From Terriglobia bacterium (lineage in GTDB: Bacteria; Acidobacteriota; Terriglobia; JAJPHL01; JAPKYU01): DNA of 64,000 bases. The notes under the pieces were generated by a model. The model ran no database searches and had not been told where the DNA came from. It was given only the letters and a program-made list of their open reading frames with translations. Shown here one piece after another: positions 49,340 through 62,651 of the stretch. Location: the NCBI GenBank assembly GCA_965223005.1, contig CBDCVK010000002.1:352001-416000 (forward strand). Reading direction: 5' to 3'. Both the position numbers and the translations under genes were made by a program. Every line of letters begins with the position of its first letter. Position 1 is the first letter of the stretch.

Positions 49340-50242
49340 TTAATTTTTCCGTTCGCCGATGTAGAGCGCAATTTCACGCAGCCAACGCCCCTGAGGGCCG
49401 AGCGGCTCGAGGGCCGCCACGGCCTTCTGAATCCTCGCAGCCGCCAGCTCCCGGGAGCAGGCCAGCCCGTGAATGGCAGGATAGGTAGCTTTGTGCTGAG
49501 CTGCGTCCTTGCCGGCCGTCTTGCCCAGCTTTTGCGAGGAGCTTTCCACGTCCAGGATGTCGTCTACAATTTGAAAGGCCAGGCCGAGCTGCGCTCCGTA
49601 TTCGGAGAGGGCGGCTAGTTGGTCTTCCAGGGCACCCGCCGCCAGCGCGCCGCTACACACGGCGGCTCGGATCAAAGCGCCGGTCTTGGAACGGTGGATG
49701 TATTCCACCGTTGCGGCATCCACCGGGCGGCGTTCCGACTCCAGGTCCACCACCTGGCCCCCAATCATGCCGTCCAGGGTGCCGGCCGCCTGGGCAACAT
49801 CCGCCAGGATGGCTGCGCGGCGCTCGGCCAACGTCGGACCGCAACGGGCCAGAACTTCAAAGGCAAGCGTCAGGAGCGCGTCGCCGGCCAGAATGGCGGT
49901 GGCTTCCCCGAATGCTTTGTGGCAGGTGGGTTGGCCGCGGCGGAAGTCATCGTTGTCCAGAGCCGGCAGGTCGTCGTGGATCAACGAGTAAGTGTGAATC
50001 ATCTCCAGGGCGCAACCCACGTCCAGGGCCTGTTCCGCTTCCTCAGGACGCACAGCCGCGGCTGCTTCCAGGCAGAGGGTGGGACGGATGCGCTTGCCCC
50101 CCGCGAAGACGCTGTGGCGCATGGCGCGGTGCAAGCTCTCGGGCCGCTGGTTGGTCGGCGGCAGCAATTGTTCCAGGCGTGCGTCCACCGCCTGCTGCCG
50201 GAGCTGCAACCGCTCCTGGAGGCGGGCCGAGAGGCCACTCAC
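49340..50242 (-). CDS. ispA: Polyprenyl (farnesyl) diphosphate synthase
   Basis: GGKRIRP, SLIHDDLPALDNDDFRRG, GQVVD, KTG, FQIVDDILD. Confidence 0.94.
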   Translation of the reverse strand: MSGLSARLQERLQLRQQAVDARLEQLLPPTNQRPESLHRAMRHSVFAGGKRIRPTLCLEAAAAVRPEEAEQALDVGCALEMIHTYSLIHDDLPALDNDDFRRGQPTCHKAFGEATAILAGDALLTLAFEVLARCGPTLAERRAAILADVAQAAGTLDGMIGGQVVDLESERRPVDAATVEYIHRSKTGALIRAAVCSGALAAGALEDQLAALSEYGAQLGLAFQIVDDILDVESSSQKLGKTAGKDAAQHKATYPAIHGLACSRELAAARIQKAVAALEPLGPQGRWLREIALYIGERKN

Positions 50243-50499
50243 GGCTTGTCGCTCTCGTCGGCCAGGCGGAACGGTTCTGTCACGACGCGGCCGTCAGCCT
50301 TCCGCACTAGCATCTCGATGCGGCTTTCGGCGCTGTCCAGTTGCCGCCGGCAGTTCTCGGAAAGCTTCATGCCTTCCTCGAACAGCTCCAGGGCGCGCTC
50401 CAGCGGCAAGTTGCCGTTCTCCAGCTCCTTGACGATCTTCTCCAGGCGGTCCAGCGAACCTTCGAACGATTCCGATGGGGGTGTGGCGTCTTTTGGCAT
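50239..50499 (-). CDS. xseB: Exodeoxyribonuclease VII small subunit
   Basis: FEGSLDRLEKIVKELENGNLPLE...FEEGMKL. Confidence 0.95.
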   Translation of the reverse strand: MPKDATPPSESFEGSLDRLEKIVKELENGNLPLERALELFEEGMKLSENCRRQLDSAESRIEMLVRKADGRVVTEPFRLADESDKP

Positions 50500-52365
50500 T
50501 TAGGTGGCGACCTGTGCGCGACGATCGCCGAGCGCTTCCAGGACCTCCAGGGCCATGCGGTAGCGGCCGAACGGCGCGCTCAACTGCGCGCCCTGCACTA
50601 TGTGGTGCGCCCGGGCCAGCATCTCGCGGGCGATCGCCACTCCTTCGGCCCGCGCCGCTTCAGCCGACTCGGCCTTACGCATCCGCTTCATGAAGGCGTC
50701 CGGGACGGGCACTCGCAGCTCGTTGATCATAAACTCTGCATTCCGGTAGCTGGTCAGCGGCCAGATGCCGGCAACGACGGGGATCCTGAACGGTTCAACC
50801 TGGCGGGCCAGCGCTTCCAGTTGGTCCAGGTCAAACACAGGTTGGGTCACGATATATTCGGCGCCGGCCTCGATTTTCCATCGCAACCGGCGCAGTTCGT
50901 GATCCATATGGATCGCGCCCGGGTCAGCGCCCACGCCAATGAGGAAACCGGTCTGCGAGCCGATTGGGCTGCCGCCCAGATCCAGGCCCCGGTTCAAGTT
51001 GGCGACGATGTTGGTAAGTCCGATGGCGTCCACGTCAAAAACGGCGGTGGCGTCCGGATAGTTGCCCAGCCGCGGCGGGTCGCCAGTAATGAGGATCAGA
51101 TTGCGGATGCCGAGCGTGTAAACGCCCAGCAGGTCCGACTGCATGCTGATGATGTTGCGGTCGCGGCAGCAGTAGTGCAGGACCGCTTCCAATCCAGCCT
51201 GCTGCTGGATCAGGTAGGCCAGGGCCTGTGCGCTCATCCGAGCGCTGGCTCGTGGGCCGTCGGGTACATTTATGCAATCCACACCGTGGGCAGCGCACAG
51301 CCGCGATCCTTCGATTTCTTTGCTGGGGTCGGAGCCGCGCGGCGGCAGGATTTCCACAAAGACGGGGAACGTCCCGTTCTTCAACTTCTGGCCCAGCCCA
51401 GATTTCTCTTCTTGCGGGATCGGTGGCAGCGCCTTGGGCCGATCCTCGACCGCTGCGGTTACCTGGAAGTGGGCATGCGCCGGCTGCAAAGAGCGGACCT
51501 CGTTCTTGATCAATTTGATGTGCTCGGGCGTAGTGCCACAACAGCCACCAATGATTCTGGCGCCCGCTTGAGCGAAGCGCCGCGAGTATTGCGCCAGGTA
51601 TTCCGGCGAGCAGAGGTACACATGGCGACCTTCGATATTCGCTGGTGAGCCGGCGTTCGGCTGCACCGAGAGCGGCTTGCTGGTGGCCTTGCGCATCCGC
51701 TCCAGAACCTCCAGAGCCAACTTGGGTCCCACCGAGCAGTTGACGCCAACCACGTCGGCGTCCCACTCCTCCAGGCGGCGGGCGAAAACCTCTGGGCTTG
51801 CGCCAAACAGCGCGTTGCCCTCCTCGTCTACGCTCATCTGCGCCATGATCGGGAGGTCGCACGCCTCCCGGGCTGCGAAGATGGCTTCGCGGATTTCGTT
51901 CAGGTCGCCAAAGGTTTCCAGCACAATCAGGTCGGCGCCGGCCTCAGCCAGGGTTGTGATTTGCTGCTGGAATGCTTCCCGCGCTTCCCGAAAGGAAGTG
52001 GGGCCCAGGGGTTCGATCCGTAGTCCCAGAGGGCCCACGGCGCCCGCCACCCACAAATCCTCGCCAGCGCACTCCCGCGCCAGACGCACCCCCGCCTGGT
52101 TGATGTCGCGCAGCTTTTCCGCCAGGCCGAAGGCCGCCAGCCGCAGGGAGTTGGCCCCGAAGGTGTTGGTTTCGATGATTTCGGCGCCGGCCCGCACGTA
52201 GCTCTGGTGGATTTCCTTTACCAGTCCTGGACTGGAAAGATTGAGTTCGTCGAAGCAGCGGTTGATGAAGATGCCCTTGGAGTACAGCATGGTGCCCGTG
52301 GCGCCGTCAGCCACCACCACCTGCGTCTGAATGCGCTCCAGCAACCTCTGCGCGCGGCCGTGCAT
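50500..52365 (-). CDS. Bifunctional homocysteine S-methyltransferase/methylenetetrahydrofolate reductase (YitJ-like)
   Basis: DGATGT, ETNTFGAN, GVNC, PNAG, GGCCGTTPEHI; MTHFR half CRDRN, ITGDP, TQPVF. Confidence 0.92.
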   Translation of the reverse strand: MHGRAQRLLERIQTQVVVADGATGTMLYSKGIFINRCFDELNLSSPGLVKEIHQSYVRAGAEIIETNTFGANSLRLAAFGLAEKLRDINQAGVRLARECAGEDLWVAGAVGPLGLRIEPLGPTSFREAREAFQQQITTLAEAGADLIVLETFGDLNEIREAIFAAREACDLPIMAQMSVDEEGNALFGASPEVFARRLEEWDADVVGVNCSVGPKLALEVLERMRKATSKPLSVQPNAGSPANIEGRHVYLCSPEYLAQYSRRFAQAGARIIGGCCGTTPEHIKLIKNEVRSLQPAHAHFQVTAAVEDRPKALPPIPQEEKSGLGQKLKNGTFPVFVEILPPRGSDPSKEIEGSRLCAAHGVDCINVPDGPRASARMSAQALAYLIQQQAGLEAVLHYCCRDRNIISMQSDLLGVYTLGIRNLILITGDPPRLGNYPDATAVFDVDAIGLTNIVANLNRGLDLGGSPIGSQTGFLIGVGADPGAIHMDHELRRLRWKIEAGAEYIVTQPVFDLDQLEALARQVEPFRIPVVAGIWPLTSYRNAEFMINELRVPVPDAFMKRMRKAESAEAARAEGVAIAREMLARAHHIVQGAQLSAPFGRYRMALEVLEALGDRRAQVAT

Positions 52366-52372
52366 CCTGAGG

Positions 52373-52378
52373 ATTCTA
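52373..52378 (-). promoter_or_regulatory. -10 TAGAAT 7 nt before the yitJ-like ATG (leaderless type)
   Basis: GGATAGAATCCTCAGG-ATG. Confidence 0.5.
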
Positions 52379-52483
52379 TCCCACCCCGCCGGTCAGTCAC
52401 AATCGGCTGCTGGGCAGTGAGGCTGTTTATGGTGCACTAAGGGAAAGGTAGTCAGTACTGCTGTTCGACGGGGCCGGGGGCGG

Positions 52484-52699
52484 TCAGCTCAACCAGCGCG
52501 CCAGCAACAGGACCTTGCCGTTAGGGAGGGAAGCGATATAGAAACTCTCGCCCGCACACTCCAGCACGAACACGTGGGGGTGGCGGGGATCTGGCAATGC
52601 TGGGCAGTTCTGTTCCAGACTCTGCTTCAGCCGTTCGACGACTTCCGGCCCATAATCACGGACATCTTCAACTGCAAACGCAATCCCAGCGGCCATCAT
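52484..52699 (-). CDS. Hypothetical small protein (~71 aa)
   Basis: AGGGAGG SD; VEDVRDYGPEVVERLKQ...PDPRHPHVFVL...FYI...KVLLLARW. Confidence 0.6.
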   Translation of the reverse strand: MMAAGIAFAVEDVRDYGPEVVERLKQSLEQNCPALPDPRHPHVFVLECAGESFYIASLPNGKVLLLARWLS

Positions 52700-52836
52700 T
52701 TGAGCATTACCTCCCTGAGTCTCTAAACACGCCGGCCGGCGTAAAGTTTCTCCAACCGTCACACATTAGACGCAGTTGCTTCCCATTTGGTCGCGTCTTT
52801 CTAAGGGGTGCTTCCCGCCGTGCTAACATCTTGCCT

Positions 52837-54204
52837 ATGGAAGTGCCACTGGCTCTGCGGCTGTTGGCCGTTGGCTTCTTCGTGGCCGCTAACGCCTTCT
52901 TCGTGGCCGCCGAATTTGTGCTGGTGAGCATCCGGCCCACCCGGCTTCGGCAACTGGAGGCAGAAGGGCGCAGCGGGGCCAAGGTCGCGCTGCGTCTTCA
53001 CGGCCAGATTGACCGCGTCTTGTCGGCCACGCAGTTAGGCATCACCCTGGCCAGCCTGGCCCTGGGCTGGGTGGGCGAGCATGCGGTGGCCGATTTGCTG
53101 ATGCCGCTATTCGCGGCGTTTACGCCGGGGGCACGGCTGGCGATTGCTCACTCCATCGCTCTGGCAGTTGCTTTCTTGATTATTACCGCCATGCACCTGG
53201 TCCTGGGCGAAGTAGTGCCGAAGAACGTGGCCCTGGCCCGGAGCGACCGTCTGGTGCTGCTGATCGCACGGCCCATGGATCTGTTCGTGCGGGCCACCCA
53301 CCCCTTTCTGCGCGTCCTAGACGCGGCTGCCACCGCGATCTCCCGCCTGTTCGGCGCAGCCTCGCCGACGCACCGGCACGTGCATTCCCCGGAGGAGCTG
53401 AAGATGTTGGTGACCGTGGGGCGGGAGGGTGGACTGCTGCCCGAGCCGCTGGAGGCGATGGCGCACAACATCTTTGATCTGGGGGAAATTCTGGTCCGCG
53501 AGGTCATGGTGCCGCGCCCGGATGTGGTGAGCGTCTCGGTAGCCACCCCGTTGGAGGAGATGGTCAGGCGACTGGTCGAGCGCCCATACTCTCGCGTGCC
53601 GGTGTATGAAGGCTCTCCCGAGAATTTCATTGGCGTCCTCTACCGGAAAGATTTGTTTCGGGTGTTGGCCGAAGGGCAGGCTGCTCAGCAGCAGGGACGC
53701 CCGTCGCGCGAGTTCCAGCTCCGCAGCCTAGTCCGCGACGCGCTGATTGTTCCCGAAACCAAGCCACTGAGTGAGTTGTTGGAGGAATTCAAGCGGCGCC
53801 GACGGCACCTGGCCTTGGTGGTAGATGAATTTGGCAGCATCGCCGGACTGGTAACTGTTCGGGACGTGCTCGAACGCGTCGTGGGTGAGCTGCCGGACGA
53901 GCACGCGGCGAAAGAAATGCCGGTCGAGCCCGGGCTGCTCGGCTTGGTCCTGGAGGGGTCCACCAGGATTCACGAGTTGGATGAGCGGTGGGAAATTCGC
54001 GTGCCGCGCGACCGCGGGTTTGAGACGCTGGCTGGCTTTCTGCTGAGCAGCATGGGTCACATTCCGAAGGTAGGCGAATCCTGCCTCTTCGATGGCTGGC
54101 GATTCACCGTGGAAGCGATGGAGCACCACCGCATTGCCTCGGTCCGGCTGGAGCGCATGGAGACCCAGGCGGAGCCAGGCGCCCAACCCGCCCAACTTTC
54201 TTGA
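52837..54204 (+). CDS. Hemolysin/CNNM family protein (DUF21-CBS-CorC)
   Basis: NAFFVAAEF, TQLGITLASLALGW, GEVVPK, VMVPR, YSRVPVY, VVDEFG, ETLAG; start ATG 52837. Confidence 0.93.
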   Translation: MEVPLALRLLAVGFFVAANAFFVAAEFVLVSIRPTRLRQLEAEGRSGAKVALRLHGQIDRVLSATQLGITLASLALGWVGEHAVADLLMPLFAAFTPGARLAIAHSIALAVAFLIITAMHLVLGEVVPKNVALARSDRLVLLIARPMDLFVRATHPFLRVLDAAATAISRLFGAASPTHRHVHSPEELKMLVTVGREGGLLPEPLEAMAHNIFDLGEILVREVMVPRPDVVSVSVATPLEEMVRRLVERPYSRVPVYEGSPENFIGVLYRKDLFRVLAEGQAAQQQGRPSREFQLRSLVRDALIVPETKPLSELLEEFKRRRRHLALVVDEFGSIAGLVTVRDVLERVVGELPDEHAAKEMPVEPGLLGLVLEGSTRIHELDERWEIRVPRDRGFETLAGFLLSSMGHIPKVGESCLFDGWRFTVEAMEHHRIASVRLERMETQAEPGAQPAQLS

Positions 54205-54245
54205 ACCTCTTTCCTAGCGGCGCAATGCCGGCGGCCAGTGCGGGG

Positions 54246-56024
54246 TCACTGCAGAAAGTTCCGGACGATGGTCTGGATGTCGGAAGTCAGGGTGAGGTCC
54301 TGCTGAACGGTGGCCGACTTGTCCACAGTCACGCGGACGGCGTGCTCCTCAAGCTGGGCGAACAGCTCGGGATCCTGGACGCGGGCAACATCGGATTCAG
54401 GCCACACCAGCAGCAGGTATTCGCCGGGAATGATGGCGCCTAGCTTGTACTGACCATGCTGGTCGGCCGCCCCGCTGCGGAAGTAGCGGTCGGAGCCGCG
54501 CTTCTCCTGGTCGGTACTGAGTAGCGCGACGTGGACGCCGGAAATCGGCTGCTCATCTTCGTCCAGCAACAGGCCAGTGACCGTGCCGCCGGTGAAGTCC
54601 AGCACCCCCTCCAGGTCGGAGACCGGTGCGTTTTCGGCAATAGTGAGTCCCTGTTCAACCACATTCTCTCCGTCGGCGCGCACTTCGCTTACATAAAACG
54701 ACGTATTTTGAGGCATGCTCCCGGGCGTACTGCCGGGATTGGCCTGAGGGGAGAGCAAATTGACTAGGTACTGACCTGGCTGCACGTTGGCGATCTCGAA
54801 GGTCAAGTCCTCGTTAGCCAGGCTGTGACCGCCGGGAAACGGGAAGTTGCCGGCCTTCGACATGAGCATCACGCGCAGCCCATCTGTAGAAACCTCTCCT
54901 CCCTCGGCCACGATCTTGCCGCGTACGGTAACCCCCGGCACCACGGTCACAACCATGTTCTCGATATCGGCTTCGCGCAGGTCAAAGCGTTTCATCACTG
55001 CCGACCTGAAACCGAAGCCGCTACTTCCGGGTCGTTGCACGAAGACCATCAACTGGTAGCGGCCCGGGACCAGCCCTTCCAGGCGAAAGCTCCCGTCGCT
55101 ACGGATCCGGTCGCCGCCGAAGAAAAACATCGAGGACTCCTCCGACCTCGCGCTGACGCCGCCGCTGGTGACTGGCCGGCCAGTCACCAGATCCAGCACT
55201 TTGCCGCTCACGCTGAAGGTGGGTACCTTCTGCATCCGGATGTCCATACGGGGCGCTTCACCTCCCTCACCGACCGGGATGCGTTGCGCGTCCTCCGCCC
55301 TGAGGACGTTCGGGTAGAACACCGTAGCAAAACTGCTCTCTTGATTTCGGAAGCGGCGCCAGACTGCTCGAACGAAGTAACGGCCCGGTGGTAGATCGAA
55401 GATGCGATACTCGCCTCGATCGTCAGTGGAACGCGATCCGCGCGGCATCAGCCGAACCTGGCCTCGCAGGTATTGCCTCGCCAGCGCCTGCACCCGCACC
55501 CTGGAAAGTGGTTCGCCCTCCTCGTCTAAGACCCTCCCGCTGATGACTCCACCCCGGATAAGTTGAAAATCCAAGTCCTTGAGTTCCTGGCCCGGGCGAA
55601 CGGTGAGACGCACGGGCGGCTGGTTGGGTCCCTTCTGCCCGTAGGAGGCACGGACGTAGCCGTTTCGGGTGCATTGCAGAGTGTAGGTGCCGTGCTCCAC
55701 GTTTCGGAATTCGTAGGCGCCCTGCTCGTCGGTGGTCGCCTCTACGCGATCAGCCGGTCGACTAGCGGGGACCAGTCTCAGCCGGGCTCGCTTCAGCGGC
55801 GCTCCGATCGCCCGTGCATAGACGTGGCCGCGCAGGGTGGCCTTGGGAACTTCCTGCTGCTCGGTCGCGGGATGTTGGGCGCTTTCCGTATCGGGAGCAC
55901 CGGGTGAGGCGGGCGGGCGCTGTGCTTGCCCTGGGGACGTGGCCGGGGTTTGGTTTTGGGCGGCGGCTGCCGGAATGGCAGCGGAACCGGACAGGAGTAT
56001 CAGAAGCAGACCCAGCACTTTCAT
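54246..56024 (-). CDS. Secreted protein with carboxypeptidase-regulatory-like (transthyretin/Ig-like) repeats
   Basis: Signal peptide; TTDEQGAYEF, GVISGRVLDEEGEP, TDDRGEYRIFDLPPGRY, ADQHGQY..IIPGEY. Confidence 0.85.
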   Translation of the reverse strand: MKVLGLLLILLSGSAAIPAAAAQNQTPATSPGQAQRPPASPGAPDTESAQHPATEQQEVPKATLRGHVYARAIGAPLKRARLRLVPASRPADRVEATTDEQGAYEFRNVEHGTYTLQCTRNGYVRASYGQKGPNQPPVRLTVRPGQELKDLDFQLIRGGVISGRVLDEEGEPLSRVRVQALARQYLRGQVRLMPRGSRSTDDRGEYRIFDLPPGRYFVRAVWRRFRNQESSFATVFYPNVLRAEDAQRIPVGEGGEAPRMDIRMQKVPTFSVSGKVLDLVTGRPVTSGGVSARSEESSMFFFGGDRIRSDGSFRLEGLVPGRYQLMVFVQRPGSSGFGFRSAVMKRFDLREADIENMVVTVVPGVTVRGKIVAEGGEVSTDGLRVMLMSKAGNFPFPGGHSLANEDLTFEIANVQPGQYLVNLLSPQANPGSTPGSMPQNTSFYVSEVRADGENVVEQGLTIAENAPVSDLEGVLDFTGGTVTGLLLDEDEQPISGVHVALLSTDQEKRGSDRYFRSGAADQHGQYKLGAIIPGEYLLLVWPESDVARVQDPELFAQLEEHAVRVTVDKSATVQQDLTLTSDIQTIVRNFLQ

Positions 56025-56191
56025 CGCAAAATTCTCCTGAAGGTAGGCGCTTGATGATATGCGGGAACGGAATACGAGAGGAGACTGAGCGTGGCGATGG
56101 TCACCGCTGGAAATGAGCCGCCCCCTGGCATGTGAACAACGCTAAGGTCTCCCAGGTCAGGACCCGAAAAAGCCGTCCGTTCAGAAGAAAC

Positions 56192-57049
56192 CTACAGTTC
56201 GAACTTGATGCTGCGCTCTTCGTTCAGCTTCTTGGTAAATTCCACATCCAGCAGGTCGAGGCTGACGCAATTCTGCGAGCCGTAGCTGGTCACGTAGCAG
56301 ATGCTGTCGTCTTCTTTCCAGTACTCGCTGACCGCGTAGATGAAGTGGTTTTCGAACACCAGCAGGGTAAGTGGCTTGGTCGGCCGCTCTTGGGCTAAAG
56401 GCGGGCGAGTTTCATAAATCAGCCCTCGCTGCTCCGCTTCGCGTTCGGTGAGAATCTTACCGGGCATGTGGCGGGGTGGTTCCTGTGCCTGGAACTGCCC
56501 CTGGTTGGGCGGCTGCTGAACGATGATGACCTGCGGCTGCTGGGGGTAGTACCCATATCCACTCACTACAACCGGCACACCCACGACCGCGACGCCGCCA
56601 GCACCATACGATCCACCGTAGTTGTAGTAACTCCGGTAGCGGCTGGGGTAACGAGAGCGATAGCGCTTTCCGTGCCTAGGCAGCCTCCCAAAATCTGTGA
56701 CCCCGGGGCGAATGGGGCCGATCAAGTGTTGGTTCCTCGTGGGCAGCGGCTGGATGCCCGGCGTAAGTGGGACACCGATGCCGGGAGTGTTCGGGGCAAA
56801 GCCCAATCCGGGGTGGTTGATGTTCCCGTAGCCAGTCGGGGGTGCGACGAGCGACCCGGGCCTAAAGTGCCCATGTCCGTATCTGTGTGCCGACCGGTGA
56901 CGGCTCCCAATGGTCATGGCAGGACCGCTCAGCCGGCCACCTGGGGAAGACACTCTGGTCCCGGTTCGACCGGAACCTCGGCGTTGCGCTAACGATAGGG
57001 TGGGAACCAAACTCAACGCCAGCAAGACCACCGCGATTCGTGTCATCAT
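56192..57049 (-). CDS. Hypothetical exported protein (G/P/Y-rich N-terminus, small C-terminal beta domain)
   Basis: AAGGAGG SD, signal peptide, C-terminal LLVFEN...YW...Y...LD...T..LN.ER. Confidence 0.75.
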   Translation of the reverse strand: MMTRIAVVLLALSLVPTLSLAQRRGSGRTGTRVSSPGGRLSGPAMTIGSRHRSAHRYGHGHFRPGSLVAPPTGYGNINHPGLGFAPNTPGIGVPLTPGIQPLPTRNQHLIGPIRPGVTDFGRLPRHGKRYRSRYPSRYRSYYNYGGSYGAGGVAVVGVPVVVSGYGYYPQQPQVIIVQQPPNQGQFQAQEPPRHMPGKILTEREAEQRGLIYETRPPLAQERPTKPLTLLVFENHFIYAVSEYWKEDDSICYVTSYGSQNCVSLDLLDVEFTKKLNEERSIKFEL

Positions 57050-57244
57050 GGGTGCCTCCTTCCGGCCAACGACTGCCGCCCCACTTCCTAACATTATACC
57101 GCAATGAATAGAATCAATGACTTATCTAAACTTTATCGCAGCTGCCACTCACGCTCCGCGGACACTTAGACGCACTGCCACTCGCGCCGGTTACATAGTG
57201 GTTGCACAGTCTCAGCGAGGCTGAGCCTGCGCACCAGGTGGGTC

Positions 57245-60378
<3,134 letters not shown>

Positions 60379-60394
60379 CTGTTGCCGCTAAAAG

Positions 60395-60422
60395 GAGATT
60401 CCTCGCTTCGCTCGGAATGACA
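60395..60422. repeat. REP-like palindromic element half-site
   Basis: gagattcctcgcttcgctcggaatgaca (reverse complement tgtcattccgagcgaagcgaggaatctc), resembling GTCAT-type REP-like elements. Confidence 0.6.
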
Positions 60423-60454
60423 AGGGAGCCACTTCTTAGAGTCCTGCTAGGGGG

Positions 60455-60460
60455 TATAAT
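60455..60460 (+). promoter_or_regulatory. -10 TATAAT for rnpB
   Basis: Consensus hexamer immediately before the P1 stem. Confidence 0.65.
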
Positions 60461-60463
60461 AAG

Positions 60464-60866
60464 AGTTTGGGCAAGCCGGCCGGGTGATCGCTGCCCGCCT
60501 TCGGGCGAGCAGAGGAAAGTCCGGACTCCGGAGGGCAGCGTGCTGGCTAACGGCCAGGGGGTTCCGCTCAAAGCGGGATTCACGGCAAGTGCCACAGAAA
60601 ACATACCGCCCGCCGTTCCCCGGCGGGTAAGGGTGAAAAGGTGCGGTAAGAGCGCACCGCGTTCCGGGTGACCGGGACGGCAGGGTAAACCCCACGCGGA
60701 GCAAGACCAAATAGGAGAGGAGGGCCGGCCCGGCCCGCCAACCTCGGCTTTCGGGCCGAGGACTCTCGGGTAGGTCGCTTGACCCCGCCAGCAATGGCGG
60801 GGCTAGAGGAATGATCACCGCCCGCAAGGGACACAGAATCCGGCTTACAGGCCGGCTTGCCTAACT
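60464..60866 (+). ncRNA. rnpB: RNase P RNA, class A
   Basis: GAGGAAAGTCCGGACTCC, AGTGCCACAGAAA, GGTGCGGTAAGAGCGCACC, GGTAAACCCC..GGAGCAAG, ACAGAATCCGGCTTA; P1 ggcaagccggcc/ggccggcttgcc. Confidence 0.97.
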
Positions 60867-61027
60867 TGCCATCTTTCCCTCACACGTATCTTCACACTTA
60901 CCTTTTTCTAAGAACTCCTCTTAGTGATCCCCCGAGCTGATTTTCCGTCTGGGCTCCGGCGGTCATGCGCAGATTTGTCATTCTGGGCCGCCGTTTCTGC
61001 GACTCCGGGTGCTACCATTGGCTCGTC

Positions 61028-61240
61028 ATGACCAACTGCATCCTGAACTGTGAGACCTGCGGCGCTCGCAAGCCTTTCCTGCTGGGCGAGCAGGAGCTGA
61101 CCGACGCCCAGAACAAGAGGCCCATCTCTAGATACTGCCCCAGTTGCCGAGCTGCCACTCACTGGGCCCTCACCTTTCTAGAAAGGCGCGGTGGTATGGA
61201 CCGCCGCCATGGTTCCGAGCGAAGAACCCCCGCGCTCTGA
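61028..61240 (+). CDS. Small Zn-ribbon protein (70 aa) with ERRxxxDRRxxxERR tail
   Basis: CETC...CPSC; TG-c-TACCAT extended -10 lies 9 nt before the ATG. Confidence 0.65.
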   Translation: MTNCILNCETCGARKPFLLGEQELTDAQNKRPISRYCPSCRAATHWALTFLERRGGMDRRHGSERRTPAL

Positions 61241-61346
61241 GCGCATCCGCAAGCCCTCGCTTGCATGAATTAGCTGGTAGAAATCCTATCGCGAAACCGT
61301 CGGCTGGCACCGGCAAGACCTGACAAGCCAAGTTTGGATCGCAAAC

Positions 61347-62651
61347 GTGACCGACTCAGCCCCGCCTGCCTCTCGCGTGTTCCGGCCAGCCCGCAACATT
61401 ATGGGAACGGTGCGGCTGCCTGGTGACAAGTCCATCTCGCACCGCTACGCGCTGCTGGCTGCGGTTGCCGACGGACGCACAACCATCCGCAATTTTTCCA
61501 GCGCCGTCGATTGCGCCTCCACGATCGGGTGCCTACGAGAGCTGGGGGTGGAGATCGCCGGTGAGAGCGGTGCCATCCTCATCGATGGCGCCGGCCTCAC
61601 CGGCCTGCGTGCGCCGCAACGGATGATGGATGCCGGCAACTCCGGCTCGACCATCCGCATGCTGAGCGGCATCCTGGCGGGACAGCCCTTCTCCTCCACC
61701 ATTAGCGGCGACGAGTCGCTGCGTCGCCGCCCGATGGGCCGCGTGATTGACCCGCTGCGCCAGATGGGTGCAGACGTTACGGCCGCCGAGGATAACTACG
61801 CGCCGCTCGAATTCCGCGGTCGCCCGCTGCGCGCCATGCATTTCCACCCGCCGGTGGCCAGCGCGCAGGTGAAGACTGCCGTTCTGCTGGCCGGCCTGTC
61901 GGCTGAGGGAACCACCGTGGTGGAAGAGCCGGTGAAGACGCGCGACCACACCGAGCTGGCCTTGGTCGAGTTCGGCGCCCAGCTCACCCGCAGTCGCAGG
62001 TCAGTGCGCGTCGAGGGCGGGCATCACCTCCGCGGAGGAGAATTCCAGGTACCGGGTGACATCTCCTCGGCTGCTTTCTTCCTGGTGGCCGCGCTGCTGT
62101 TCCCGGATTCAAACCTGCTGGTGGAAAATGTCGGCCTGAACCCTACCCGAGCCGCTGCGCTGGACTTCTTCTCGGGCCTGGGTGCCGCGATCCGGATCAG
62201 CCGCGTAGAAAGCCTTGCGGGAGAGGTCGTGGGGGACCTGCACGTTTCCGGTGGGCGTTTGAAGGGAGGGCGAATCGGCCCGGACCTGGTGCCCGCCTTG
62301 ATTGACGAGCTGCCCGTACTGGCAGTGCTGGGTACCCAGACGGAGCAGGGGCTCTCGATCTCCGGCGCCCAGGAGTTGCGGGTGAAGGAGAGCGACCGCA
62401 TCGCCACGGTGGCCGAGAATCTGCGCCGCATGGGGGCGCACGTTGAGGAGCGGCCCGACGGGCTGGAGATTCCGGGAGGCCAGCGGCTACACGGCGCGCG
62501 CCTTGACTCGTTTGGCGACCATCGGATCGCCATGGCGTTTGCCGTGGCAGCGCTGGTGGCTGAGGGCGAAACGTCGCTCGAAGGTGCTGACACTGCCCAA
62601 GTTTCCTTCCCAGGGTTTTACGACGTACTGGACCGCGTCGCCGAGCGGTGA
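61347..62651 (+). CDS. aroA: 3-phosphoshikimate 1-carboxyvinyltransferase (EPSPS, class II-like)
   Basis: PGDKSISHR, GNSGST, RRPM, SAQVK, RDHTE, ELRVKESDR, DHRIAM. Confidence 0.97.
   Translation: MTDSAPPASRVFRPARNIMGTVRLPGDKSISHRYALLAAVADGRTTIRNFSSAVDCASTIGCLRELGVEIAGESGAILIDGAGLTGLRAPQRMMDAGNSGSTIRMLSGILAGQPFSSTISGDESLRRRPMGRVIDPLRQMGADVTAAEDNYAPLEFRGRPLRAMHFHPPVASAQVKTAVLLAGLSAEGTTVVEEPVKTRDHTELALVEFGAQLTRSRRSVRVEGGHHLRGGEFQVPGDISSAAFFLVAALLFPDSNLLVENVGLNPTRAAALDFFSGLGAAIRISRVESLAGEVVGDLHVSGGRLKGGRIGPDLVPALIDELPVLAVLGTQTEQGLSISGAQELRVKESDRIATVAENLRRMGAHVEERPDGLEIPGGQRLHGARLDSFGDHRIAMAFAVAALVAEGETSLEGADTAQVSFPGFYDVLDRVAER

Noticed and set aside
52837-54204. Hemolysin/toxin interpretation of the CNNM gene (and of tlyA)
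   Set aside because: Motifs fit a Mg/Co transport-related CNNM/CBS protein and an rRNA methyltransferase; the hemolysin names are historical.
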